Source of the DNA: Candidatus Roizmanbacteria bacterium
GTDB lineage: Bacteria > Patescibacteriota > Microgenomatia > UBA1406 > GWC2-37-13
DNA length: 33,939 bases
NCBI GenBank assembly: GCA_016206365.1
Contig: JACQRR010000053.1
Span: forward strand, 1-33,939
Direction: 5' to 3'
Of this stretch, positions 33,833-33,939 are shown piece by piece; within the stretch, counting starts at the first letter, position 1, and each line of letters begins with the position of its first letter. The translations under genes and the position numbers were made by a program. Below the pieces are notes generated by a model, which saw only the letters and a program-made list of their open reading frames with translations, did not search any database and was not told where the DNA came from.

Positions 33833-33862
33833 AATAAAAGTTATAAACATCATTCGCTAGAG
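33833..33862 (+). repeat. Short copy of the R-repeat ends (aataaaagttataaac ... cattcgctagag)
   Basis: The 16-mer aataaaagttataaac is identical to 23852-23867. The following catcattcgctagaga resembles the ttcgttcgcctagaga end at 17581-17596. Another ttataaacttcgtc lies at 33651-33664. Confidence 0.45.
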
Positions 33863-33939
33863 AAGTTTTTGAAATTCTTTAGGAGCGAGTTTAATTAGAT
33901 ATTAAAAAGAAGGTATAACTATATTACTGATACTTACCA

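Noticed and set aside
1-33939. CRISPR arrays, rRNA genes and tRNA genes
   Set aside because: No regularly spaced direct repeats with unique spacers were seen. No rRNA-like segments were seen. The only canonical T-arm/acceptor pattern is the one belonging to the tmRNA.

Overview
AT-rich bacterial window with many GTG/TTG starts, short leaders and many orphan proteins. This is compatible with a CPR/Patescibacteria-like genome, but that is inference only. All calls were made by eye from motifs, without searches. Layout: (i) 1-13.6 kb looks housekeeping or envelope-related. It holds a DnaQ-exonuclease/GIY-YIG fusion, a GT-C membrane glycosyltransferase, a pbpC -> alpha-2-macroglobulin operon (thioester CAEQ present) and two orphans. 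(ii) 13.6-31.2 kb is an accessory, defence-island-like region built around smpB-ssrA (tmRNA). It contains a frameshifted IS1595-family element with 27-bp terminal inverted repeats. It also contains a 757-aa PD-(D/E)xK + DGQHR/DndB-like + HEPN fusion protein, with a small HEPN-like gene and a Cys-His-Asp gene upstream. Further content is VapBC, an AbiEii-like nucleotidyltransferase pair, a fused HTH-ImmA/IrrE + DUF4411 pair, a thymidylate-kinase-like P-loop gene with a membrane partner, three GIY-YIG copies (one intact, two decayed) and several orphans. An exact 19-bp copy of the tmRNA 3' end lies 9 kb downstream (31183..31201), which delimits an integrase-less island. (iii) 31.3-33.6 kb carries an MTA-phosphorylase-like gene and a SAM-methyltransferase-like gene. 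The best candidate for an undescribed system is the DGQHR fusion locus (15103..18827). A second notable signal is a set of related intergenic repeat modules (mini-ORF units F1/F2 and 75-bp repeats). These bracket single genes or gene pairs (DGQHR gene, TA pair, MTAP gene) like cassette junctions. No CRISPR array, rRNA or tRNA gene was seen.
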